From: Macrostomum hystrix
Taxonomy: Eukaryota > Animalia > Platyhelminthes
Reading direction: 5' to 3'
Length of the DNA: 64,000 bases
NCBI GenBank assembly: GCA_950097015.1
Contig: CATNEN010000001.1
Coordinates: 9,176,001 to 9,240,000, forward strand
Under the pieces are notes generated by a model. The model saw only the letters and a list, made by a program, of their open reading frames with translations, had not been told where the DNA came from and did not search any database. Below are positions 40,201-51,400 of this stretch, in pieces. The position numbers were made by a program, and so were the translations under genes. Position 1 is the first letter of the stretch. Every line of letters starts with the position of its first letter.

Positions 40201-43200
40201 GGAAGCTTCTCGAAGCTGGAAGATCTTGTGGAAGCTTCTCGAACCTGGAAGATCTTGTGGAATCTTCTCGAAGCTGGAAGATCTTGTGGAAGCTTCTCGA
40301 AGCTGGAAGATCTTGTGGAAGCTTCTCGAAGCTGGAAGATCTTGTGGAAGCTTCTCGAAGCTGGAAGATCTTGTGGAAGCTTCTCGAAGCTGGAAGATCT
40401 TGTGGAAGCTTCTCGAAGCTGGGAGATCTTGTGGAATCTTCTCGAAGCTGGAAGATCTTGTGGAAGCTTCTCGAAGCTGGAAGATCTTGTGGAAGCTTCT
40501 CGAAGCTGGAAGATCTTGTGGAATCTTCTCGAAGCTGGAAGATCTTGTGGAAGCTTCTCGAAGCTGGAAGATCTTGTGGAAGCTTCTCGAAGCTGGAAGA
40601 TCTTGTGGAAGCTTCTCGAAGCTGGAAGATTTTGTGGAAGCTTCTCGAAGCTGGAAGATCTTGTGGAATCTTCTCGAAGCTGGAAGATCTTGTGGAATCT
40701 TCTCGAAGCTGGAAGATCTTGTGGAAGCTTCTCGAAGCTGGAAGATCTTGTGGAATCTTCTCGAAGCTGGAAGATCTTGTGGAAGCTTCTCGAAGCTTGG
40801 AGATCTTGTGGAATCTTCTCGAAGCTGGAAGATCTTGTGGAATCTTCTCGAAGCTGGAAGATCTTGTGGAAGCTTCTCGAAGCTTGGAGATCTTGTGGAA
40901 TCTTCTCGAACCTGGAAGATCTTGTGGAATCTTCTCGAAGCTGGAAGATCTTGTGGAAGCTTCTCGAAGCTGGAAGATCTTGTGGAAGCTTCTCGAAGCT
41001 GGAAGATCTTGTGGAAGCTTCTCGAAGCTGGAAGATCTTGTGGAAGCTTCTCGAAGCTGGAAGATCTTGTGGAAGCTTCTCGAAGCTGGAAGATCTTGTG
41101 GAATCTTCTCGAAGCTGGAAGATCTTGTGGAAGCTTCTCGAAGCTTGGAGATCTTGTGGAATCTTCTCGAACCTGGAAGATCTTGTGGAATCTTCTCGAA
41201 GCTGGAAGATCTTGTGGAAGCTTCTCGAAGCTGGAAGATCTTGTGGAAGCTTCTCGAAGCTGGAAGATCTTGTGGAAGCTTCTCGAAGCTGGAAGATCTT
41301 GTGGAAGCTTCTCGAAGCTGGAAGATCTTGTGGAAGCTTCTCGAAGCTGGAAGATCTTGTGGAATCTTCTCGAAGCTGGAAGATCTTGTGGAAGCTTCTC
41401 GAAGCTGGAAGATCTTGTGGAAGCTTCTCGAAGCTGGAAGATCTTGTGGAATCTTCTCGAAGCTGGAAGATCTTGTGGAAGCTTCTCGAAGCTGGAAGAT
41501 CTTGTGGAAGCTTCTCGAAGCTGGAAGATCTTGTGGAAGCTTCTCGAAGCTGGAAGATTTTGTGGAAGCTTCTCGAAGCTGGAAGATCTTGTGGAATCTT
41601 CTCGAAGCTGGAAGATCTTGTGGAATCTTCTCGAAGCTGGAAGATCTTGTGGAATCTTCTCGAAGCTGGAAGATCTTGTGGAAGCTTCTCGAAGCTTGGA
41701 GATCTTGTGGAATCTTCTCGAAGCTGGAAGATCTTGTGGAAGCTTCTCGAAGCTGGAAGATCTTGTGGAATCTTCTCGAAGCTGGAAGATCTTGTGGAAG
41801 CTTCTCGAAGCTGGAAGATCTTGTGGAATCTTCTCGAAGCTGGAAGATCTTGTGGAAGCTTCTCGAAGCTGGAAGATCTTGTGGAATCTTCTCGAAGCTG
41901 GAAGATCTTGTGGAATCTTCTCGAAGCTGGAAGATCTTGTGGAATCTTCTCGAAGCTGGAAGATCTTGTGGAATCTTCTCGAAGCTGGAAGATCTTGTGG
42001 AAGCTTCTCGAAGCTGGAAGATCTTGTGGAATCTTCTCGAAGCTGGAAGATCTTGTGGAAGCTTCTCGAAGCTGGAAGATCTTGTGGAAGCTTCTCGAAG
42101 CTGGAAGATCTTGTGGAAGCTTCTCGAAGCTGGAAGATCTTGTGGAATCTTCTCGAAGCTGGAAGATCTTGTGGAATCTTCTCGAAGCTGGAAGATCTTG
42201 TGGAATCTTCTCGAAGCTGGAAGATTTTGTGGAAGCTTCTCGAAGCTGGAAGATCTTGTGGAAGCTTCTCGAAGCTGGAAGATCTTGTGGAAGCTTCTCG
42301 AAGCTGGAAGATTTTGTGGAAGCTTCTCGAAGCTGGAAGATCTTGTGGAATCTTCTCGAAGCTGGAAGATCTTGTGGAATCTTCTCGAAGCTGGAAGATC
42401 TTGTGGAATCTTCTCGAAGCTGGAAGATCTTGTGGAATCTTCTCGAAGCTGGAAGATCTTGTGGAAGCTTCTCATAGCTTGGAGATCTTGTGGAATCTTC
42501 TCGATGCTGGAAGATCTTGTGGAATCTTCTCGAAGCTGGAAGATCTTGTGGAATCTTCTCGAAGCTGGAAGATCTTGTGGAAGCTTCTCGAAGCTGGAAG
42601 ATCTTGTGGAATCTTCTCGATGCTGGAAGATCTTGTGGAATCTTCTCGAAGCTGGAAGATCTTGTGGAAGCTTCTCGAAGCTGGAAGATCTTGTGGAAGC
42701 TTCTCGAAGCTGGAAGATTTTGTGGAAGCTTCTCGAAGCTGGAAGATCTTGTGGAAGCTTCTCGAAGCTGGAAGATCTTGTGGAAGCTTCTGGAAGCTGG
42801 AAGATTTTGTTGATATTTCTTGAAGCCTCATTATCGGGACGTGATTGAGTCGTCAAAAAAATTTTTGTACAGTATCTTAGTCGTATCCAAATATAATTTC
42901 CCGATATTTTTTGGTCTTTTCTATTGACCAACAGGCCAGGCTCCATTGAGAACAAAAGCTAGCGACTCGAGACTAAGCCAGACTGTGTGTCATGCATTTC
43001 GCTGCTGCAGCGCCTACGGAGCGGATCGCGTGAGGGTTCTTCTGCCAGCAGCCAGCTCGGTGCCTGTACACCTAGTCAGGGCACCGATGCCCAGCGCCGC
43101 CAACGAGCTAATGGTGAGCTTTAGCATTCAGGAACGACAGATAATGCAATCTTTGCACGCGGTGCAAGGCCAACTCTTTGTCCTGCTTAAGTTCATCTTT

Positions 43201-46200
43201 ACCAAGCTGCTGCCACTGCGCCTATCGGCAGTCGGACTCCGCAGCTACCACGCGAAGACTCTGCTATTCTACGTGATGGAAAAGTACAAGTTCAACATTG
43301 AAATTTGGCGCCCAGTTCGTCTGCTGCAGTTGCTGCTCGAGTCACTCAGTCTGATGCTGAATTTTTTAGACTCAGATAAGTCAGCAGATGCCTGCATGCC
43401 GCACTTCTTCATGCCGGACAGGCCATTGTACTTTCGTAACGCCGGTATCGGCGGAGACTTTAAAAACACCAAAGCTAGAGTGAGAAAGCGACTGTTAAAG
43501 TTAAGCATGGATCCTGACAATCTATTCTACATTATTCAAGAGTACGTTCACAATGCTCCGTCTGGAAAGTCTAGCTTTCAACCGTACATGCAGCTGCCAT
43601 TGGTCCTTCCACCTGAAATAGTCAACGTTGCCGAATATAAGCCTGCTGATTCGGGGTGCACTTCTGCCACCTATGGGGCTGTGTTCCGATGCCTGAAAAA
43701 GCTTCAATTTACTGAAACCGCAAGCCGTGAGGACCTCCTCGCTCAGATTTCAACTCTACCGGATACTTATGTCTGCGCTTCGACGTGTCTGAACGTGATG
43801 ATCTCCCTGAAGTTTAATGACTTCAGCGAAGCTGAGAAGGCATTGATTTGCTGGACAAGATCTGTCGAGGCAGACAGCGAGCAAAATGATCAGTTCTATC
43901 GATTCTGCCTGCCGTTTGACTCTAATTCAGCAGATTACCGCTATTTGCCAAAGTTTACTCAATCACTAATCACTGTAAGGGACTCAGGCAGTTCCTCAGC
44001 CCATGTTTATCTGAACTTTCGATGCCTATGCAGGAGTCTTCAGGCTGAAATCGTTGGCAATCACAACGTCAATAGTTGGCACGACCAAATGCGAAATGGT
44101 GATGATGCAGATTTTGAGGAGCTGCTAACACTAGCCCACTACAGCAACTGCCGAGAACACACCGACTTTTGTTTGAAACGCGCCGAGCTCCAAAATCAAG
44201 CGCAACGCATTCGAGACCAGATTGAAGATCGCAGCAGATTTGAGTGAGTCTTTAAATTGTGTCTTATTGGCATTGTTTATGTAGTGAGTCACTAGTTAAT
44301 AATCACAAGTATTTAGTTCCCACTCCTTGACTAGTTAGCCATCGCCGCTGTATGGTATAGACAAGGACAACTTAAGTATATATGCTACTTATGTTATGTT
44401 TTATTACTTGTATCATGTTACTTATGCATGTTACTTGACTAGTCCTTTGGTCTAGATTAGTCTCTCTTAGTAAATTAGTTCAAGTCCTAGGGTGTCAGTA
44501 TAGGAGAACTGTGGCTGGTATTTCCACGGTTTTTCCATGGCAGTTTTGGCCCTCCCACGGCAATTCTGCCTGCTTAAATCTTTCCAGCCAATGAGAGATT
44601 GAGATTGCCAAATGGCAGAGCTGAAAGGGATCCAAAACATATTATAAATCCGAGATACCCGAGGGCCCAAAAACTCATAGCGTGCGCGCAGCCGTGTCAA
44701 CTGCAGATAAGAGACCCATTCCTGTCTTAATTAGATTACTTAGTTCAGGAAGTTAACCTTTGGATAAAGGTTAATTCCTTAAGGTTTATCAGGCAACCCT
44801 CGATTTCTCCGTTCACAGCGCTGTTTTCTGTGTGGAAATTGTCCACAGAAATTGTTTCCGAAGTCTCGACTTACCGGACAATCGAACCTTCTGACCAAGG
44901 TGGCAGCAACCCTACCGTTTATTGCAGGTGTTTAATTTTCAGAAGCTTTTCTTAAGATTGGAGAAGTCTTCCCCTCTTGAAAAAATTCGAACCTCGCACT
45001 TACCAACTTGTTTAAAAAAGTAAGGGGAGACACTTAATTTATGCATAACTTTCGACTCACCCATTGTAAATTTACAGAAATCCGCACACATGGTCGGATG
45101 AGGAGCTTCTATTGCGCTGTCAACGACTAGCTGGTCACAACGAAGGATTGGCTCATCAACGCCGATTTAAACCGTTCAACGAGACACTGCTAACTGTAGT
45201 TGTTAAGAAAAACAACTTCGAATGTCTCCGGACGCTGCTCTCGGGCCATTCCGCCTTGACTATCGTTTCCGAACAGCCAGTCGACGTGTTCGGACGGACT
45301 GCGCTTGGTTGGGCTTGCAAACAAGGCAGTTCGGATGCTGTCAAATGTCTGCTTCAAGTACTGGGGCCATCTAGTTCCCCTGTTGTCAATCTGGGCGATA
45401 ATAGCGGTCAGACACCACTGATGCTGGCTGTAATTGGCGGTCACGATTGTGTGGTACACCTACTGACTACTTGGCCAGAAACAGGACTCAATATTAACCA
45501 AAAGGTGCGCTGTCTTGCATAAAAGTCCTTGTCTAACATCAGTTTTCTGTTCTGATGTCAACTAGAAAGGATATTTTTCTTCTCTCCAGGACATGGCTAA
45601 GAACACCGCACTGGTACATGCCTGTCGATGCGGTCACGCAGGCATTGTAGATATTCTTCTTCGAGGTGGCGCCTCAGCCACATCATTGGACGGATCTGAC
45701 GAGCTCAGTCATTTGGCGACGCCGCTCATCTGGGCAGCCAGATTTGGAAGGCTGGCAGTGATTGAAAAGCTCAAACCGGCTTTGAGTCGCCAAGCAGACT
45801 GGCTGGCAGTCGATGAGTACCAACGTACAGCTCTGCAGTGGGCCCAGTCAAGAAGTCATCTGGACTGTGCAAATTTCATTGACAGATGGTAAATTTTATT
45901 ATTTTATTTTGATTAATGTTCTTTTTTTAACTATACGCTCGTATAATATACTCATAGGGAGAAAATACGAGCTAATTATTTGCTAGTACGTCACACTCAC
46001 AGCTGGTACACACTCACAGCTGGTACACACTCACAACTGCAGCTTTATACACTCACAGCTGGTACATTCCAGTGCGACCTATGCTTTAAACATCCTTCCT
46101 TTGAAGCATTCGCGAGTTGCCGATTGGAATAGAAGGCCAGCCACTACCGCAGCTTAACCTGCCGTCATCTGAAGAAGTCAGCCCTGGAGCAAACGCTGGA

Positions 46201-46980
46201 CCTCCTGGAAGTACTATAAACCCAGGTAGTGGAAGGAACAACCGCAGTTCTGGCAGACTAGACGACGACACTCAGCCGCCTGATAGTTACGAAATCGGTG
46301 TGGTCAGTAACGGCCTGGCCATAATCATTAACAATGTGCGTTTTAGTGAGAACTCGAGCAGCCATATCAGCCAAAGACACGGTGCAAATGTTGACCAAGC
46401 GGATCTCGAAGTGCTGCTTCAACGACTCGGTTTCCACAATCTTAGAACGATGATTGACGCGGATCGTGAAGACATGGAGCAGATAAGCGTCAGTGAAGAG
46501 GACCTTCGGCAATGCAGCTCATTCCTAATGTTTATCATGTCGCATGGCTATCTAGATCATGTTTTCTCGCACGATGGCTACGCGATTAATCTCGAGCAGC
46601 AAATCTTTAGCCGATTTCGCCAGCTGGTAAATCTTAATGCCAAACCGAAGCTGTTCTTTGTGCAAGCCTGTCGAGGCCTAAATATACCAGGCACAGAAAC
46701 TCACACGGATGCTAGAAATCCTAGACTGCAAATAAGCAACCCCGAGGACTGCGTTTACTTCTATAGCACAGTCGAAGGTGGTCTTTCCGAAAGACGACCT
46801 GATGTCGGCAGCGCCTTCGTTCGGTCGATAGTAGAAGTGCTACAGCCCAATCAGTTATCCAGGATTCGATTTCTGGACCTAATGACCCGAGTGACAGACA
46901 AGGTTAGACAGCTAACGGAAAACGAGCAAACGCCTTGCACGCTTTCAACTCTGACAAGGCCATTGTTTTTGCATGTTTGA
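34253..46980 (+). CDS. Predicted multidomain protein (~2126-2147 aa): 33-aa helical repeats - ankyrin - Mab-21/cGAS-like (cGLR) domain - ankyrin - caspase. Exons 34253-37287, 37371-37412, 38048-38442, 42935-44243, [44957-45019], 45078-45504, 45590-45888, 46107-46980
   Basis: Every junction is GT-AG and phase-compatible (2,2,1,2,2,0,2). The exon sum is 6444 nt = 2148 codons with the optional 63-nt exon. The ankyrin exon at 45078 has no in-frame ATG upstream of its ankyrin repeats. A poly(A) signal AATAAA lies at 46988, just after the caspase stop. Confidence 0.7.
37640..37855 (-). mobile_element. tRNA-derived SINE (family A), intronic copy
   Basis: Clearly similar to 51085-51300 (aattgcacgacaagcc..ccttctctccgc..gcgcccc..ttgccgc.gaatcga). 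Degenerate B-box GAGCTCGATTC on the - strand. Confidence 0.75.
38048..38442 (+). CDS. Exon: N-terminal half of Mab-21/cGLR nucleotidyltransferase-like domain
   Basis: LVGSCIEGWG...KDSDINWTVLV corresponds to the hGS..EG...SDID motif of Mab-21/cGLR proteins. Acceptor ttttcag at 38047, donor GTACGT at 38443. Confidence 0.82.
38755..42815. repeat. 29-bp minisatellite (gaagatcttgtggaa[t/g]cttctcgaagctg), ~140 copies, intronic
   Basis: Direct periodicity; the unit is stop-free and generates 800-1600-aa pseudo-ORFs on both strands. Confidence 0.97.
42935..44247 (+). CDS. Exon: C-terminal part of Mab-21/cGLR domain and helical extension
   Basis: HLVRA..ELMVSFSIQERQIM; LLKFIF; GLRSYHAKTLLFY; W; CMPHFFMPDRPLYF match the Mab-21 signatures (WRlSFS..E, SYHlKT, PhYFiP..Nl). 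The TGA at 44245-44247 overlaps donor GTGAGT at 44244. Confidence 0.88.
45078..45888 (+). CDS. Ankyrin-repeat exons (45078-45504, 45590-45888), ~6 repeats
   Basis: DVFGRTALGWACKQG, DNSGQTPLMLAVIGGH, INQK|DMAKNTALVHACRCGH (repeat completed across the splice), TPLIWAARFG, DEYQRTALQWA. Confidence 0.9.
46107..46980 (+). CDS. Caspase (peptidase C14A, p20+p10) terminal exon
   Basis: GLAIIINNVRF, R.GA..D, catalytic MSHG (46540-46548), KPKLFFVQACRG (QACRG 46663-46677). p10 motifs YSTVEG.LS.R...GSAF and EQTP...STLTRPLF. Confidence 0.95.
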
Positions 46981-48459
46981 CGAACCCAATAAATACGTAT
47001 TTATCTAGTTGAAAGACACTTTCAGCAATCATGAAAAGTTGGCCAACGTAAATGCCAATTCTGAAACTATGTGTCGTGCACATGCAGATAATTCAACTGA
47101 AATTTCGACTATAACTGAACTCAATATATGTAATATTGTACTAGCGTGATGACGGTATAGCAAGATCATAACATAAAAAAATACTCGTACTTTATGCTCG
47201 ATGATAAAAATTAAAACGCGTGCACCTCAATTCATTTCTTATACAGAGTTTTCCAGAAATGCAGACCTGTTATAACTATCATTTGGATTTTAAAATTAAC
47301 AAATGATCTAATTTTCGTGCATAATTTCAGTTTTAATCGAAAGTCTAAAAATCCCTTGGCACGTTTCCGGCCTAAACGACGATGAAACGAAACACAAGAA
47401 TTGAATTTGTAGCATGTTCTGGTGCATCCATTAAACTGCGATTCTTTCATTCCTATTTTATTCTTTCCTTTGTTTTTATATTTAGATAGTCTTGCTCAGT
47501 TATTGACCGTTTAAAAATAATAATGCTAAATTATATACATTTTTATGACTTGCATACGTTTTTTTGAAAATTACCATGTTGGTTTTTATATACCAATATC
47601 AATTGAAAAAATACACTTTTTATGTTTATGTTTTCAAAAATATTCTTAGAACTGTTATCTATTTTGTGGGCTAACAGGCACGCAAATAATGGGTGCTACA
47701 AAACAGATGCAGTTTAGCGCATTGGAAGTCTTTTTTGGAAAGCGATCGATCGCGGATGCAATTGGGCACCCGTGTTGAGAACATGTTCTTTTTGATTTAC
47801 AAGGCTTCGTATTGTAAAATATATATATGTAGCTACATGCTGAATGCGCCGTTGAGAGAAAACTATATTGCTGGCTAATATGTACGTTAAGTGCTGGTGA
47901 ACTAGGATATTACTAGACATAGTATGGTTTAACTCTATCTTGTTTGTTGACCTCATGCCAAGGAAGGCATAGTTTTTTCTTCATTATTTATATTTTTTAC
48001 AAAACTATTTTTAGGTGCAATTAAAATTAAATATTTATTTCTAGTCTACGATATTTTTAAATACTCACTAGACTTACGAATTAAAGTGGCAACACAACTA
48101 TCAAGTTTTGTTGTACTGAGTAAATGCGTTAATTATCAAGCCTTAAATTTTTTGAAATGTACAGCGCATCGTCACTTTAAAAGTCACCGAATAACTTATG
48201 AACCGCAGACAACAGAGACAGGAGTAGTAAATTGCACAACATTAACGCATCCAAGAGAACGAACTGACATTTATTGACAAGAGCGAAACAAATTACTCTA
48301 CTATACTATAGTAGACCTATAGCTACTTCTAATTTCAGGATTTACTGAACCGAATATTGTAGTCTTGATTGGCCATCGTAATACATTATTTATAATAACA
48401 TTAATTTTTTTTGTTTCTTAGCAATAGGCAAACAAAAAATTTATAAGGTCAACCATAAA

Positions 48460-51400
48460 ATGATTTCCAGGAAAGAATATGCTGCAAATTGGGTTCCTAA
48501 TGTATGCATAAAAATGATGATCAAGTGTGGAATGGGCTTTTTTGTTTCTTTTATTCTTCTTCTGTCTTTTGGAAGTGGAAGTCAGTGCTTAAATGTAAAA
48601 AATCCTGAAGATTGTTTTCAACTGGTAAGTTAGATTTATCATTTATGTTTTGTTTAAAATTTTGTTTCTTACATTTTTGTCAGGAGATGAGGCATATATG
48701 TTATAAAAGTCAATATAGCCATAATTTAAATATTTGCTACTAACAGCATTACCATGACTAGGTTGTCTGGAAAATGGCACAGTGTGTGTCAGAATATTTT
48801 TGGGTACATTCTCTGCTACATCCCACATATGGCCTGAGTGCTATCTGTAGGCTGTTTATATGCCCTAACCATACCATATAGGCCTAGTACATGCTGTAGC
48901 CCTAGTAATGTAGTCAAAGTTAAGGAACTTATTCAAAAACATTAATTGTGTTAGTTTTAATAAAGGAACAAATGCTTAAAATATGTAGAATTAAAAGTAA
49001 TACAATTAAATTAATTAACAAATAATATGTTCTACAATATTCATATAATTCTTGAAACTCAGGTTGAATTGATCTCTGTTCTGTGCCAGTTGCAAATTTC
49101 TATGCAAAAAAGTCTTTGTGTGCACCAAAGTTGTGTCTTAGGAACGTGTTCAAGGGACCACTGCATATGCCTTGATTGTGTGCCAAGTTTACTAGGGACC
49201 AGGTTCATGTAAATACCATAATGGACCATGATGGACTACAGTGGGAAGTTGGGAACAAAGCAGTAGATTTTTATTTCATTTTATAATGGCTTTAAAGGGC
49301 CTTGATCTCTAGTAAATATTTGGTTTTATTTAACTCAATTTAGAAAGCTTAAAGGTAAAACTAATATTTTGATGTTTTGGAAAATTCTATATTTAAGTAT
49401 GAATATCACTAATATAAATGAAATGAAAAGTGCAAAACTTTCATTAGTTACAAAATTAATGATGGTAGTTTTTTTACTTTTTTGTCCATTGTTACAGCTA
49501 TATTGAATTAAGTAAATGAAAAATATAGATTCAAATAGCAAGCTAGGTAGTTGTATGTAGTAGTAATGTATAAATTTGTAATGTAGGTTAGCTACCCCAC
49601 AATGGCTACTGATCAGTTTCTGGCTTAGTAAATGTCCCAAATACTTTTGTGTAATTTCTTTCTATTTGCATTTCAATAAAATAGTGAATAATATAGTTCA
49701 TCATTTATAATAATTATGAATAATGATAATCCTCAGCCATTTCTAGGCCAAAGAAACAAAATCAAGGGGTATTATTCTATACATCTAGTCTAGGCAACCA
49801 AATGATGTTACCCATTCTACAATGGTCTATTGAAAAGAGATTTAATAAATTTCAGTTGTGACTGTATGCCAAATTATCACCCAAACAAGATTTTAAGTGC
49901 AAACACTAGTCTAATTTTGTCAGAATCACAACTTGAAGGTCGTTGGTTCGATTCCCAACTACAATGAAACAATTTGTGTCTTTTAGCAAAATTTTTAACT
50001 CTCTATGGCTTCGATTCACCTGTTGCTAATTCGTTTTAATTATTTAATAATTGTTCACACATGGCCCACTTGGGCCCATGGAAGCACAGCCGCAACTATA
50101 GTGAAGTGTTGTATCTAAGGGCTGCATATTGCTACTCACTACTCAGTCCATGGACTGGGGATATACCACACCCAGCTTCAATTACTCCAACAGCTGGCGT
50201 GAACTGCAGCAATGCAGATATAAGTTTCTTGCTAAATGATACAAATTGTCTGGAATCGAACCCCTGACCTTTAATTCCGACGCTCTAATCTTTAGGCTAC
50301 AGCCCCACAGTTAATTAAATTACCTAGCAAAGCAGAAGACTATTTTAGCATTTAAATCGATAGCACATAATAATGTAAAATCCGCACAATATTTATTTAG
50401 CTACATGGCTCAGTGGATGACTGCTCATGCGAACTTAAGTCGGTATCAAATTTCAACAATCGCATCCTCTATCCGCGACTCCAAGCCCTATTAAAGAAGA
50501 ATTATTTTCGCTACGTTCGCGTCAATCTGAAAGCTAATTGTCCGTTCTGGGAGGCCAACTGGCTGTGCGCTATGCGTCATTGTCACGTCGACAATTGCCG
50601 CTCGGACGAGGTGCCACCCGGAATGATGAACGACGATTCTATGGCGCCGACTGACGAAGCTCCAGCTTCTTGCTCCCCTAAAATGCCTAAGAAAGGAGCT
50701 ACTACCGCTGACGGCAATCTAGATGAGCTTGACGAGACCCTGTCAGCAACTAGTCAAGCCGCCTTTGTCAAATGGAGCGATCACGACGATTCTCTGTTGC
50801 AATTCTGCGAATGGGACGACGATGTTGGCAACGCTTCGCAATATGTCGACCTGTTGCGCAATCCGGAACGGTACACCGGCTACAGGGGCGAGGCCGCTCA
50901 CAAAATCTGGCGCAGCATCTACGAGGAGAATTGTTTCAACAATCCTGTTAGCGCTATGCTGCCGGGGGGTGCCCAGATGCGCAGTGTGGGTAAGACAGAC
51001 CTCATTGTTTAATGCTTTCGAGTTTGTTTGAAGTTTTTCTTTTCTATGTTTTGATGTCGTCTTAACTTCTAGCACGTCTAGCACACATGCACACAGATAC
51101 CCTACGCAGGCATTCGCTCACGCAGGTAGTCGGGCAGTGTACACTCTCACTCTGTCGTGGCCGTTAAGGGCGTGAATTGCACGACAAGCCTCCCAAGCCT
51201 TCTCTCCGCAGCTGCGCCCCAAATTAACGTGGCTTTGCCGCTGAATCGAACTCATGGACCTTGGTGCGAGAGGCAAGCGCGCTAGACCGCTCAATCATTC
51301 ACCCCTTCAGTCCAAGGAAAGTAACTTGTGTCCTTCGGCAAGACAATTAATCCCATAGGAATTCAACTCATTTTAAGTGGGTGTGGCGTCCTCACCAGTC

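Noticed and set aside
37992-42955. ORFs of 836-1618 aa on both strands
   Set aside because: Translations of a stop-free 29-bp intronic minisatellite, with the same peptide cycling through all frames. Only 38048-38442 is a real exon.
45958-45985. Possible micro-exon between the ANK and caspase exons
   Set aside because: It ends in phase 0 and would need a weak acceptor (46117 or 46141); the direct 45888>46107 splice is in frame and more parsimonious.
51225-51300. Possible tRNA gene
   Set aside because: A/B-box-like motifs are present but no complete cloverleaf; it continues into a body shared with 37640-37855, so it is a SINE head.
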